Both the position numbers and the translations under genes were made by a program. From positions 1-64,000 of the IMG/VR virus record IMGVR_UViG_3300030329_005540: DNA of 64,000 bases. One strand, 5' to 3'. This document shows, in pieces, positions 47,178 to 56,597 of the stretch; the first letter of the stretch is position 1, and each line of letters starts with the position of its first letter. A model generated the notes under the pieces. It did no database searches and was not told where the DNA came from. It saw nothing but the letters and a program-made list of their open reading frames with translations. This DNA comes from a virus.

Positions 47178-48205
47178 TTAAAGTTTATCATATGTTTCAG
47201 AACAGCTTGAGGATTTTCCACGCAGGATTCAAAAGAAGATTGTATGTCCTCTAATTCTGAATTGTTTGTGACTAAATTGATAATAGACCTATCCTCCGAA
47301 AACAGTGCAACGCATTGAGGCAGCGTCAAGTTGTTTCTCCTGACATTGATAATATCCAACTCTTTAATTCTCATTTTGTGAGGATTCAAAGACACGTAAT
47401 CTTCCGAGGGGATTCCCATTATTGCGACCTTACCCCCAAGAGAAGCGGCGGAAAAACAATTGTTAATTGTGATAGCTTTACCGGCGGCGTCGATACATAT
47501 ACTCGTACCTTCGCCATTCGTTAAGTCTTTAATCACGTCTAAACATTTTTCATCTGCGATCACTGTTTCAGTAGCTCCATAATTTTTAGCCATCTCAAGC
47601 CTACTATTTAAGGGGTCTACCATTATAACTTTTTTGATACCTACCTTCTTAGCGACGAGGAGTGCTGAGATGCCAATCATTCCTGCTCCAAAGATGGTTA
47701 TAGAATCTCCAATTTGAGGATTGACTCTATTCATGCAATGCACGGCGATGCCTATTGGCTCCATAAGGGAGGCTTCTTCAAAAGACATTGCGTCAGGAAT
47801 TTTTTCAAGCTGCCTATCGCTTAGTATCGCGTAATCTCTAAACGCGCCTAAATCTGTCGCGCCCATGAATTTTACGCTGGAGCATAAATTATGCCTTCCT
47901 TTCTCACAGCACTTGCATTTGTTGCCGCAGGACAGTCCCGGCTCTATAGCTACTCTGTCGCCCTCTTTAAATCTTTTGCTCTTACTTTCTACCACGATTC
48001 CCGCTGGCTCATGACCCATTTCCATTGGCATCTTTTGCTTAAAGCTACCTAATCCGCCATGTAGATAATAATTAAGGTCTGACCCGCATATACCAACGGC
48101 CTCCATTTTTACCAAGCAGGTCGAGTCTTGTAGAGATGTCGTAAGCGTTTGCTCAGAAAGCTCCATTCTCCCTATATCAACTAATTTCGCTACTCTAATC
48201 TTCAC
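47174..48205 (-). CDS. Zn-dependent (sorbitol/threonine-type) medium-chain dehydrogenase
   Basis: GICGSD, GHE, structural Zn C-C-C-C, GAGMIG. Likely GTG start at 48205 (GTGA overlap; ORF track 48235). Confidence 0.88.
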   Translation of the reverse strand: MKIRVAKLVDIGRMELSEQTLTTSLQDSTCLVKMEAVGICGSDLNYYLHGGLGSFKQKMPMEMGHEPAGIVVESKSKRFKEGDRVAIEPGLSCGNKCKCCEKGRHNLCSSVKFMGATDLGAFRDYAILSDRQLEKIPDAMSFEEASLMEPIGIAVHCMNRVNPQIGDSITIFGAGMIGISALLVAKKVGIKKVIMVDPLNSRLEMAKNYGATETVIADEKCLDVIKDLTNGEGTSICIDAAGKAITINNCFSAASLGGKVAIMGIPSEDYVSLNPHKMRIKELDIINVRRNNLTLPQCVALFSEDRSIINLVTNNSELEDIQSSFESCVENPQAVLKHMINFK

Positions 48206-49332
48206 TGTGAATCTAGTTCCTTTAGCACCTCGCACACATAATCCGCCTCGGAATCAGTTAATTCCGGGTAAAGCGGAGGACAAATGTGCATGTCGCTTAT
48301 ATATTCTGTGTTCGGGAAGGATTCTTTTGCAAATATTTTTTCATATTTCGGTTGTTTATGCACTGGAATTTCATAAACTTGCCCTGTTAAGGATATTCCG
48401 CGTTCTTTACAGTGGTTTTTTAACCTCTTGCTTTCTTTGCTGCTGGCGTGGCCCCATTTACCGACTTTTAAAATTAATTTATAATAAGAACAAAAACCTG
48501 TTTCTTGTTTTACTACTTCATAATTAGTCTTTTTTAAATTCCTTTCATATATTCTGACTAAATGGTTTCTTCTGCGTATTCTTTTCTTTACTCGTTGTAA
48601 TTCTAAGTGGCCCATGAGTCCTGTGAACTCGCTAACCTTGTAATTGTTTCCGTCTGGATTTACGCATAAGATGGAGCCATCACTGGGTCTGCCGAAGTTT
48701 TTAATCGACCTCATCTTTTCGTAAAGCTCGGAGTCGTTAGTCGTGATCATGCCGCCTTCCCCGGTAGTCATTACCTTGGTCGGGAACATGCTAAAGCATC
48801 CAACTGACCCGATGGAGCCCGCCGTATAGCCGTCTATGTTAGAACCGTGGGCGTGGGCTGCATCTTCAACCAGCGGGACATTATTCTTCTTGCATATCTC
48901 TACGATTCTTTTAATGTACGGCGAGATTATGCCTCCTATATGCACTAGGACAACCGCTCCAGTTTGCTCGGTTATCTTTTCTTCTAGCGAGCTTGGAGAC
49001 ATGCAGAACGAATCTAGCTCGGCGTCAACCAGAACTAATTCGCCGCCAGCATTTTCTACGGCTAAAGCAGTGGCGAAAAAAGTATTGGATGGAATTATTA
49101 CTTCTTTACCTTTAACACCGATGGCTTTGAGGGCGACTTCAATGGCCGTGGTTCCTGAAGATATAGCTAGAGCGTGTTCGGCGTTGCTTAATTTAGCAAA
49201 ACCCTTCTCGAACTCTCTAACGTATTTGCCTTCGCTTAATAAATTATTACCTGATAAAATTTCAGTGCTTAATTTATTCCAATCGTAAATAAATTCATCT
49301 TCGAACTCAAGTTTGAAAATTGGTATATTCAT
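48202..49332 (-). CDS. DegT/DnrJ/EryC1/StrS PLP sugar aminotransferase
   Basis: SSGTTA, VEDAAHAHG, FSMFPTKVMTTGEGG. Confidence 0.92.
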   Translation of the reverse strand: MNIPIFKLEFEDEFIYDWNKLSTEILSGNNLLSEGKYVREFEKGFAKLSNAEHALAISSGTTAIEVALKAIGVKGKEVIIPSNTFFATALAVENAGGELVLVDAELDSFCMSPSSLEEKITEQTGAVVLVHIGGIISPYIKRIVEICKKNNVPLVEDAAHAHGSNIDGYTAGSIGSVGCFSMFPTKVMTTGEGGMITTNDSELYEKMRSIKNFGRPSDGSILCVNPDGNNYKVSEFTGLMGHLELQRVKKRIRRRNHLVRIYERNLKKTNYEVVKQETGFCSYYKLILKVGKWGHASSKESKRLKNHCKERGISLTGQVYEIPVHKQPKYEKIFAKESFPNTEYISDMHICPPLYPELTDSEADYVCEVLKELDSQ

Positions 49333-50219
49333 TTAAGAATCTTGCTATATTTGCTGAGTATTATATTTATCTGTTCTTTAATAACTCCTGAGTATTTTTC
49401 AGATGGGTCTCTCCTGCTGGTGTCACAATGCAAGAGCATCACTTTGGAGAATTGTTTTTCGTATGAATTCTTGCCCCAGAAATTTCCATCTTGAAAAATT
49501 AAAGGCATATGCTCATCACCCATAAAGCAGTGGTTTATTGCCCCACTTAATAAAATGGCTTTATCTTTGTTTTGAACAACATGACTAAAGAAAACCTCAT
49601 CGGTTAAGCCTTGAATATATTCGTCATCAGAAGAATAAACATCGTCGTAAATTTCTAAAACTTCTCTAAAAATTTCCTTGTTGTCTTCAGTGGTTTCAAA
49701 TACGAAGCATCCCCCCGTAAGTAAAAAGTGCTTTTCATTTAACCCTATTCTTTCTTTTACCTCTTGAAACGCCGCCTTGTTTCCCGCAGGGACAGCCATC
49801 GCTTCAAAATGGCGAAGCGTAGGAACCCAAAAGTGGGGAGACGCGCCGACTTTACCGTTTAAATCTTTTACTATTAGAGGCAGCGTATTGTTTATGAATA
49901 AAGTATCCGTATCTACATACGCGCCAAACTTGGTTTCAATCTCTAACGCAGCTTTGTATTTTTGCTTCCAGAATAAATAGCCTTTCTTTCCGGGTTTTTC
50001 AAAGTCTATTTCATTCGGCTTGTGATGCACCGTTATTTTGTTGGAGATTTGATACTTCGATTGTATCTCGTCTGAACTTAGAGTTTCCCCTATCTCCCAA
50101 ATCAAAAACTCTCCACTGAACCCTACGTCTGTAAGACTAGTCATGCTAGCTAGCATGTTTTTGTAGTGCTGCTGGTCTCCCCCAACCACGTAATAAACTG
50201 TCGTATTAGAGTTTCTCAT
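49329..50219 (-). CDS. GT-A glycosyltransferase, GT8-like
   Basis: YVDTDTLF DxD motif, GGCFVF, LTDEVFF. Confidence 0.55.
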   Translation of the reverse strand: MRNSNTTVYYVVGGDQQHYKNMLASMTSLTDVGFSGEFLIWEIGETLSSDEIQSKYQISNKITVHHKPNEIDFEKPGKKGYLFWKQKYKAALEIETKFGAYVDTDTLFINNTLPLIVKDLNGKVGASPHFWVPTLRHFEAMAVPAGNKAAFQEVKERIGLNEKHFLLTGGCFVFETTEDNKEIFREVLEIYDDVYSSDDEYIQGLTDEVFFSHVVQNKDKAILLSGAINHCFMGDEHMPLIFQDGNFWGKNSYEKQFSKVMLLHCDTSRRDPSEKYSGVIKEQINIILSKYSKILK

Positions 50220-50982
50220 ATTTTACATCAGCCTTTTTCATTAAGTTGTCGAATTCTTCTTTATCTAAGCGCTTTAACCCAGCCCATTCCATAGTAGAAT
50301 TAAAGGCGTCTACATCCTTGAGTAAAAGTTCGATTCCGATGTTATGCGTGTCATCGTCTTCCTCTAAAAATGGTGGACAATAATAATAGTCTCTCAGCTT
50401 GCCCGTAAATTCCTCACAAAACCATCTACCTGAAGGAGAGTTATGTTTCCTACCGCTTTTTTCTTCTCTTTCTAAAAATAAAAATTTAGGTTTTTTAAAT
50501 GCTAGTTTCCACAAGGGGATCGCCGCAGAATTTCTTGGGTCTTTCCACCCCCAAGGCTTAGAGTAGTCTGGTTCTCCTCCCCAGAATTCGCTTAAGCATT
50601 TTTCTAATTGTACATTTCCCCACGCTGGGTTAACGCCGCCCATAAGTTGACTAGCGTTAAGACCATCACCTGACAATCTCTCAAATACTATCTTGATCGC
50701 ATCAGAGTTCTCTAAAACAGATAAATAAAAATTCCATGTGCTGAGATGCATCATCTCGGTGTCGTTTGTATAAGGCAGGAAATTTTTTAGCGCAGTACAA
50801 TTAATTTTAACCATTGCGTCTGACTCGTGCAATACTCGCTTGCCTTGCTCGTCGTCTCTTTTGCCTAGCGCATCCCCCGCGTCAACCCCGGCAAATAAAC
50901 CATTCAAGCGTAAAACTTTAGTTGCAAGAGAAGTTCCTCCCCCGTGTGCTCCGCATACGATAATTGGATTTTCAAATTTCAT
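50206..50982 (-). CDS. Sulfotransferase-like protein
   Basis: PAPS-loop-like IIVCGAHGGGTS, HE, and WGWKDPR motif. Confidence 0.7.
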   Translation of the reverse strand: MKFENPIIVCGAHGGGTSLATKVLRLNGLFAGVDAGDALGKRDDEQGKRVLHESDAMVKINCTALKNFLPYTNDTEMMHLSTWNFYLSVLENSDAIKIVFERLSGDGLNASQLMGGVNPAWGNVQLEKCLSEFWGGEPDYSKPWGWKDPRNSAAIPLWKLAFKKPKFLFLEREEKSGRKHNSPSGRWFCEEFTGKLRDYYYCPPFLEEDDDTHNIGIELLLKDVDAFNSTMEWAGLKRLDKEEFDNLMKKADVKYEKL

Positions 50983-51562
50983 AATTAAAAATCTTATAAT
51001 CTTTTTTGTAAATTCTTTTGATTATATTTTCTGCTTCTTTACTAGCTTTATATTCTTTCACCCCCTTGTTTTCATGTCTTAAGTTGTTATCTACTCCAAG
51101 TTTATCCGTAATAAATTTGTAATCTTCTTCAATTGTTTCTAATTTACCAAGATAATCGACTATAACTTTCTCTTCTTCATCACATAAGAAATAATACTGG
51201 GGAGCTAAATGATCTATCAACTGCAATGGATCAGACTTGTTTAAAAAATTAATACAAAACTCATCAAAATTATCAGAGTTATCTACAGCAGAAAACACAT
51301 CCTCATCAACAGACTGTCTTTGAAATGTTTTAGAATTTTTAAAATAATTATACGCCGAAATAGCGCGAGCCAAAGGGTTTCTACAGAACCCAAAAACAAA
51401 ATATTCTTCGTATATTTTTGGATACGCAGACTTTAAGAAAAGAGCGGGGAAGTGCCCTCCGTAAGTGAGTCGATCCCATCCTAGGGATTCAGCTACGCTG
51501 CGACCAGCAACCTTGGGTACGTGTACGAAAATGCATTTTTTATTGTGACAAATATGTTCCAT
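50972..51562 (-). CDS. Sulfotransferase (Sulfotransfer_2 family)
   Basis: FVHVPKVAGRS (5'-PSB), RNPLARAISAY (3'-PB), HLAPQ, YKKDY..FNY. Confidence 0.85.
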   Translation of the reverse strand: MEHICHNKKCIFVHVPKVAGRSVAESLGWDRLTYGGHFPALFLKSAYPKIYEEYFVFGFCRNPLARAISAYNYFKNSKTFQRQSVDEDVFSAVDNSDNFDEFCINFLNKSDPLQLIDHLAPQYYFLCDEEEKVIVDYLGKLETIEEDYKFITDKLGVDNNLRHENKGVKEYKASKEAENIIKRIYKKDYKIFNYEI

Positions 51563-52389
51563 TACTTAGCTAACGTCGGTTTTCTATTCTTGAAATCTTC
51601 GTTATTAATATCGTAAATTTTAGCTAAATCATCGATAGTAAAATCAATTTGAGTTTTATCAGGGTCAAGAGAAGCGAGGTTCGCGTTTAGTGTTTTGACA
51701 TGGCTTTTGTCGTAATCATTCCACTGGATATAGTTACCTTTAATGAGAAGGTCTTTTTCGAATTTAGAAATAACGTTCTCCACGGGTACAAAATTTTTAT
51801 ACACGGGGTCTCCTTGCTCCGATCTAACCTTGTCTTCAGCAGGGCCAGTGCGACTGTTTCTAGTGGCGATATTTTGAAAGATTAATTGTTTCCTAGGGAA
51901 TAATTTGTAACAAGCGTACATGGCGTACCACATTGATTTACCGGAGCTATGAAATATAGCGGGGAACATTACCTCTGCGAAGCTCCTAGAAAATATATGA
52001 ACGCATAAATCGTAGCACGCGATAGGGTGAACAGGCTTATCTGTTTGAACTTTTGATAAATGCCATCCGGGTCCGCCTAAAGTTCCAGAGACAGGTTTGT
52101 ATTCGTCGAAATTATCCGCAATAGTTTGAGCTATGTTTTCCCCGTAGAATAAAACATCGTCATCTATAAAAATGTAATATTCGTACTCGTCCATTATGTG
52201 ATCGTATAAGATGCTTCTACCCTCGGTCCAACAAGCGTCAGGATGACAAACTTGAGCATTTGGGTCATCAAGTTCTTTCCAATTCAATCTATAGAAATCA
52301 CTAACCTCGGTATTAAACTGAGACTTATGCTGAAGGGTGAAATCATCGTTGATGGTTTTGCCTTGTTCTAGAACACAGAACTTTTTCAT
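51562..52389 (-). CDS. Putative GT-A glycosyltransferase
   Basis: WTEGR...YEYYIFIDDDV motif, located inside the glycan cluster. Confidence 0.5.
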   Translation of the reverse strand: MKKFCVLEQGKTINDDFTLQHKSQFNTEVSDFYRLNWKELDDPNAQVCHPDACWTEGRSILYDHIMDEYEYYIFIDDDVLFYGENIAQTIADNFDEYKPVSGTLGGPGWHLSKVQTDKPVHPIACYDLCVHIFSRSFAEVMFPAIFHSSGKSMWYAMYACYKLFPRKQLIFQNIATRNSRTGPAEDKVRSEQGDPVYKNFVPVENVISKFEKDLLIKGNYIQWNDYDKSHVKTLNANLASLDPDKTQIDFTIDDLAKIYDINNEDFKNRKPTLAK

Positions 52390-53117
52390 TTTTCACCTCC
52401 TCTAAATCTTGGGAATTGCTCCATGTTCTTATCGAGATGGACTATCGTTTTTTCAACAGGCATAGTCCAATTTTGAGGGTATGCAAATCCTGCATGTAAG
52501 GTAGAAACTAATTCGTCGTTCTCAGAAAAGTATCTGTTTAGATGTGACTCATCATGCCACGCGGCGATAACTCCATTTTCCAAATCCTTTTTCACGCAAA
52601 CGTGAAGCTCTTTTATCATTTGACTTATGTGAGGGTTTTTACCTCCCCAAAAACATCCCTGCCTGTATTTAACACCATGCTCTTCTGTTTTGGGAGTATA
52701 AGCCGTAGACTGCTTGTTACTTTCGTACTCGCATATTCCAGAGCCGTACATAAATTGCCCCGGATGATGAACCCCGAAGAAGTGATCATACCTATTCAAA
52801 AACGAACTAGGAATAAGCTTACTCACTACCATGTCCGCATCTAAGAAAATGACATCGCTAAATTTCTCAAGCTCATCAATGACTCCGTACATGTACTTGA
52901 ATCGCTTAAGAGTGATATACGGCCAAGGCTCATGCTCTATTTTTCGAACCGCTACGTTGTCTTTTTTAAAGACTTCGTTCTCTACGTCGTCTGTAAACGC
53001 ATATATAACCTTCTCTTCATCCGGAAGAAAAAGGCTCATAACTCCGTCGTAGTAGTCGTCGAAAAAATCTACGTACTTGTTAGTTCCAATAAATATAAAT
53101 GCTATCTTCTTTTCCAT
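52386..53117 (-). CDS. GT6 alpha-1,3-Gal/GalNAc transferase (ABO-like)
   Basis: FIGTNKY, FTD, W...TLKRF, FLDADM, HPG, QGCFWGG, AAWHDESHLNRYF, DKN. Confidence 0.9.
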   Translation of the reverse strand: MEKKIAFIFIGTNKYVDFFDDYYDGVMSLFLPDEEKVIYAFTDDVENEVFKKDNVAVRKIEHEPWPYITLKRFKYMYGVIDELEKFSDVIFLDADMVVSKLIPSSFLNRYDHFFGVHHPGQFMYGSGICEYESNKQSTAYTPKTEEHGVKYRQGCFWGGKNPHISQMIKELHVCVKKDLENGVIAAWHDESHLNRYFSENDELVSTLHAGFAYPQNWTMPVEKTIVHLDKNMEQFPRFRGGEK

Positions 53118-53956
53118 GACTCTGGGATTATATCATCTAAATAATTTTCTCTGTATTCTTTAGGACAAATAAGCTCTAAGTGTTGTGGCGTGAACCACTT
53201 ATCAGGAGCAAAGACCTGTTTATCATCATTGCTGTTTAGCCATGCCGCCCACCAACTATATGTAGAATTAGATATAATGTTTGTGCGACATCTACTCATT
53301 AAAAATAACTCGATTAAATCTTCTTTAAAATATTTAGGCGCATCTACTTCTGCGGTTTTAGTATCGCTAATTAAACTTAAATCATGTGCTCTTTCAGAAA
53401 TAAAAAAAGAATTTTCAACTTCATTGGAAAAAATATTTTTACAGTGATTTATATCATCCGAAAAGAAGAGGACTTTCGACGCGCCGCTCTCTTTAATGCA
53501 CGATAGAAAGTAATCTTCGTTTAATGGGTGATATACAGTAGATAAAAGTCTATAATCGCCGCATCTAATATGAACCGATACGGTATCCTCTTCGAAGACG
53601 AATCCGTATTTTTCTTCTATGATTTTAGATATCTCGTCGCTGGGAGTGAGATAGTTCCGAATCTCTTCCTCGCTGTCTTTGAAATACTTTTCTGATTGAA
53701 AATACCCAGATAAATCTATAGACACTTCTCCAGAGCATTCTAAATCAAATCCTTCATAAGTGCAGCCACTCTCTTTTATTTGCAAATCCGCATGTTGAAA
53801 TCCTGTGGGAATTTTATTTTTTAGATGTTTGTTAACCGCCCACTCTGGGAAGCTATAACTGTGACCGTTTTTATTGGCTATACCTATGGTGGAGGCGACT
53901 TGAAAAAACTGGTTTCCAAGTCTGCCCATGTTTCCTAATCGAGAAAATGTAATCAT
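53102..53956 (-). CDS. GT11 alpha-1,2-fucosyltransferase
   Basis: GRLGNQFFQ, GYFQSEKYF, SVHIRCGDY, FSDD, ISNSTYSWWAAWL. Confidence 0.92.
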   Translation of the reverse strand: MITFSRLGNMGRLGNQFFQVASTIGIANKNGHSYSFPEWAVNKHLKNKIPTGFQHADLQIKESGCTYEGFDLECSGEVSIDLSGYFQSEKYFKDSEEEIRNYLTPSDEISKIIEEKYGFVFEEDTVSVHIRCGDYRLLSTVYHPLNEDYFLSCIKESGASKVLFFSDDINHCKNIFSNEVENSFFISERAHDLSLISDTKTAEVDAPKYFKEDLIELFLMSRCRTNIISNSTYSWWAAWLNSNDDKQVFAPDKWFTPQHLELICPKEYRENYLDDIIPESWKRR

Positions 53957-53957
53957 T

Positions 53958-54917
53958 TTATTTTGGGGAATTTATTGCGATCCACCTAAATAGTTCGTGC
54001 TCGGGCTCCCAGCCTAGCTCTTTTTTTGCTTTCGTAATATCCGCGCATGTAGTTTTAGGCTCAAAGCGCGGCTCGATGTGTTTGATTTCGTTGTGTATAT
54101 ATTGCGCTATTTTTTTAATAGAGTGTTTTTCTCCAGAGCCAATATTGTAAATGTGGTGTCCGTCTGGCAAATCTGTTTCGGCAGCCTTTACGTTGGCTCT
54201 CGCTACATCTTTGACGTTTACAAAGTCTCTTTCTTGCAGCCCGTCACCAGTGAGAGATAAAGACTGGCCGCTTAACAACTGTCGAAAAAATATTCCCATT
54301 ACTGGAACGTATGATCCTTGAGTCGGCTGTCCTTCTCCGTAAACGTTAAAATACCGAAGCGATACGCTATTTAATCCGTAAAGTTTTGAAAACAATTCTA
54401 AGTACTGTTCTCCTACCAGCTTGTGCAATGCATATGGACTCATAGGGTCTAGCCTTCCATTTTCGTCAGTAGGTGTGAATTCAGGATCGCCGTAAACTGA
54501 TGACGACGAACTGAATATAATCTTTTTTACGCCAGCGTTTTTACACGCCCAAAACAAATTCAAACTTCCATTAATGTTTTCCTCATGATATTTGATGGGG
54601 TCTTTGATAGAGGGGTCAACCCTCGGATGCGCGGCTAAATGAAAAACATATTCAACATCCTTTAAAACTTCGACTAGCTGATGAGAAAAAATAACGTTCT
54701 TTCTAATAAATTCGACACTAGGTAAATTTTTATTTCCGCGTACCTCGTTACCGAATCTAAAATTAAACGGTAAAGTGGAATCGCCGGGGGAAGCCGCTCT
54801 TTCCGTAGTTGAGCAGTCGTCAACAACCGTTACGTCATAACCGCTCTTTAAAAGAGCTTCTACAACGCTACTCCCGATAAACCCTAGTCCTCCCGTAACT
54901 AATACTTTAGTTTTCAT
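53958..54917 (-). CDS. NAD-dependent UDP-sugar 4-epimerase (GalE/WbpP-like)
   Basis: VTGGLGFIG, SSSSVYG, YALHK, LRYFNVYG, GDGLQERDF. Confidence 0.88.
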   Translation of the reverse strand: MKTKVLVTGGLGFIGSSVVEALLKSGYDVTVVDDCSTTERAASPGDSTLPFNFRFGNEVRGNKNLPSVEFIRKNVIFSHQLVEVLKDVEYVFHLAAHPRVDPSIKDPIKYHEENINGSLNLFWACKNAGVKKIIFSSSSSVYGDPEFTPTDENGRLDPMSPYALHKLVGEQYLELFSKLYGLNSVSLRYFNVYGEGQPTQGSYVPVMGIFFRQLLSGQSLSLTGDGLQERDFVNVKDVARANVKAAETDLPDGHHIYNIGSGEKHSIKKIAQYIHNEIKHIEPRFEPKTTCADITKAKKELGWEPEHELFRWIAINSPK

Positions 54918-55644
54918 TTTTTTCTTTTTCCTTTTCGTATATCCTTTTTCTCAAATTGCTGGAAGAATAAGAATGCGTACTCCTGTCGTGAAAATATTCT
55001 TCTTTAGCTATTCCTTTACCCGTGTATTCCTTGCCTTCCCAATCGGTTCCCAATACTCTTATATCGGGTTTGACAGTTAGTAGTAATTCAATTAAAGATT
55101 TCTCGGTATCGTATAATCTAATTTCATCAACATACTTGCACGCCGACAAAGACTCTCTTCTTTCTTCTAGAGATTGAATAGGTTTATTTTTTTCTGGCCT
55201 GTCAATAGTCGGGTCTGTTTGAAGCCCCGCAATAAGCTTGTCACATTTTGACCTTGCGTCTTTGAGCATTATAAAGTGCCCAGCGTGTAAAAGATCAAAG
55301 CAGCTACAAACGAAGCCCGTCCTTTGTTCGGGAGGCGGTTGGGGAACCAACTCATTACGCAAAGCTTGAGTGTTTTGAGCATTGGTGCTTATAAGTCTAT
55401 CGCAGTCAGGTATTCCTTCGTTGATTAATTCGTGATATTTAACCTCCCAATCTTTCAACCATATCTTGTTATAGTTACTCCAATCCTTTCCTCCAGCTTT
55501 TGAGCGAGTGCTGTAAATTTTAATTACATGCCCTTGCTCGTATAATTTATTAATATGATCAATCATGTAAAGATAAGGCTTTGCGTCGGGGAAAAATTCT
55601 TCCTCTGTGCAAATAGTCCCATCTAATTGAAAGCAGTAAGTCAT
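54907..55644 (-). CDS. Fusion: degenerate HAD (capsule phosphatase-like) + cytidylyltransferase (TagD-like)
   Basis: N-terminal FQLDGTIC...IYSTR...WLKDWEVKYHEL. C-terminal CFDLLHAGH, KNKPIQS, SSSNLR. ATG at 55644 by ATGA overlap. Confidence 0.8.
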   Translation of the reverse strand: MTYCFQLDGTICTEEEFFPDAKPYLYMIDHINKLYEQGHVIKIYSTRSKAGGKDWSNYNKIWLKDWEVKYHELINEGIPDCDRLISTNAQNTQALRNELVPQPPPEQRTGFVCSCFDLLHAGHFIMLKDARSKCDKLIAGLQTDPTIDRPEKNKPIQSLEERRESLSACKYVDEIRLYDTEKSLIELLLTVKPDIRVLGTDWEGKEYTGKGIAKEEYFHDRSTHSYSSSNLRKRIYEKEKEKNEN

Positions 55645-56597
55645 AACTCCGTTGCGCTTGCGCCGTACCAATCACAGGCAATTTTAAAAGTGATTTTATT
55701 CAAGTCTTCCTCCTGCTTTAGATCATAATTTTTATCAGTAAATACTAAAAAGTATCCTCCACCACCAGCGCCGCATAGCTTGTGAGCTTTAACTTGGCTA
55801 AGTTTATCCAATTTCTCATCTATTTCAAGTATTTTTTGATTTGATGCAATAGAATTTGACGTTTCCTTCTTTCTCGCCCAGCCTTCGTTGATAATTTCGA
55901 AAAAATCGTCAGGCTTATTTCTAGTAATTGACTTTTCCATTTTTTGTACCAGAGGTAAAAGCGCTTCGACTTTTTTAAGATCGAGGGTTTTTAGTATATC
56001 TGTAGACTTCCTGCTGACTCCGGTATAAACGAGATACTTATTGTAATCTTCGATAAAACTCTTACCGAAAATCTTACATCTGATTTTATTATTTGGGTAA
56101 AAATCTAATTTTTTAAACCCGCCAATCCCGCAGCCATAAGAATCTTGGTATCCGGTTAATGGGTTAAAATTTCTCTCTAGCTCTAGCGCGATTTCACATA
56201 TTTGCCCTTGGCTTAGATTCAATTGATTCTGCAAACTGGCAGCTTTTATCAGAGCTATTAAATAAGCCGAGGAGGACGCTAAACCTGAACCGTGTGAGAA
56301 GATATCAGAAAAGAATGAAATGCTCGTAGGAGGCAATTTGAAGCGATCTAGACACTCTCTAGCGATGTCATTATGAATCTCTGAAACAGAAGAGACTTCC
56401 TCTTTTTGGGAATATTTTATAATATATTTATCATCAACTGCATTATAGCCATTTTTATCAGTAAATAGAGTTACGTATGAATATAAATTACAAGGAAAAC
56501 TAATTACTGATCCGCGCCCTTTATAATCTATAAACTCCTGTAAGTCGGTTGAGCCTCCAGCAATAGAGACTCTTAATGGACATCTGGAAATTATCAT
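55641..56597 (-). CDS. hddA: GHMP sugar kinase, D-glycero-alpha-D-manno-heptose-7-phosphate kinase-like
   Basis: PLRVSIAGGSTD, GSGLASSS, GYQD, KLCGAGGGGY. Confidence 0.82.
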   Translation of the reverse strand: MIISRCPLRVSIAGGSTDLQEFIDYKGRGSVISFPCNLYSYVTLFTDKNGYNAVDDKYIIKYSQKEEVSSVSEIHNDIARECLDRFKLPPTSISFFSDIFSHGSGLASSSAYLIALIKAASLQNQLNLSQGQICEIALELERNFNPLTGYQDSYGCGIGGFKKLDFYPNNKIRCKIFGKSFIEDYNKYLVYTGVSRKSTDILKTLDLKKVEALLPLVQKMEKSITRNKPDDFFEIINEGWARKKETSNSIASNQKILEIDEKLDKLSQVKAHKLCGAGGGGYFLVFTDKNYDLKQEEDLNKITFKIACDWYGASATEL

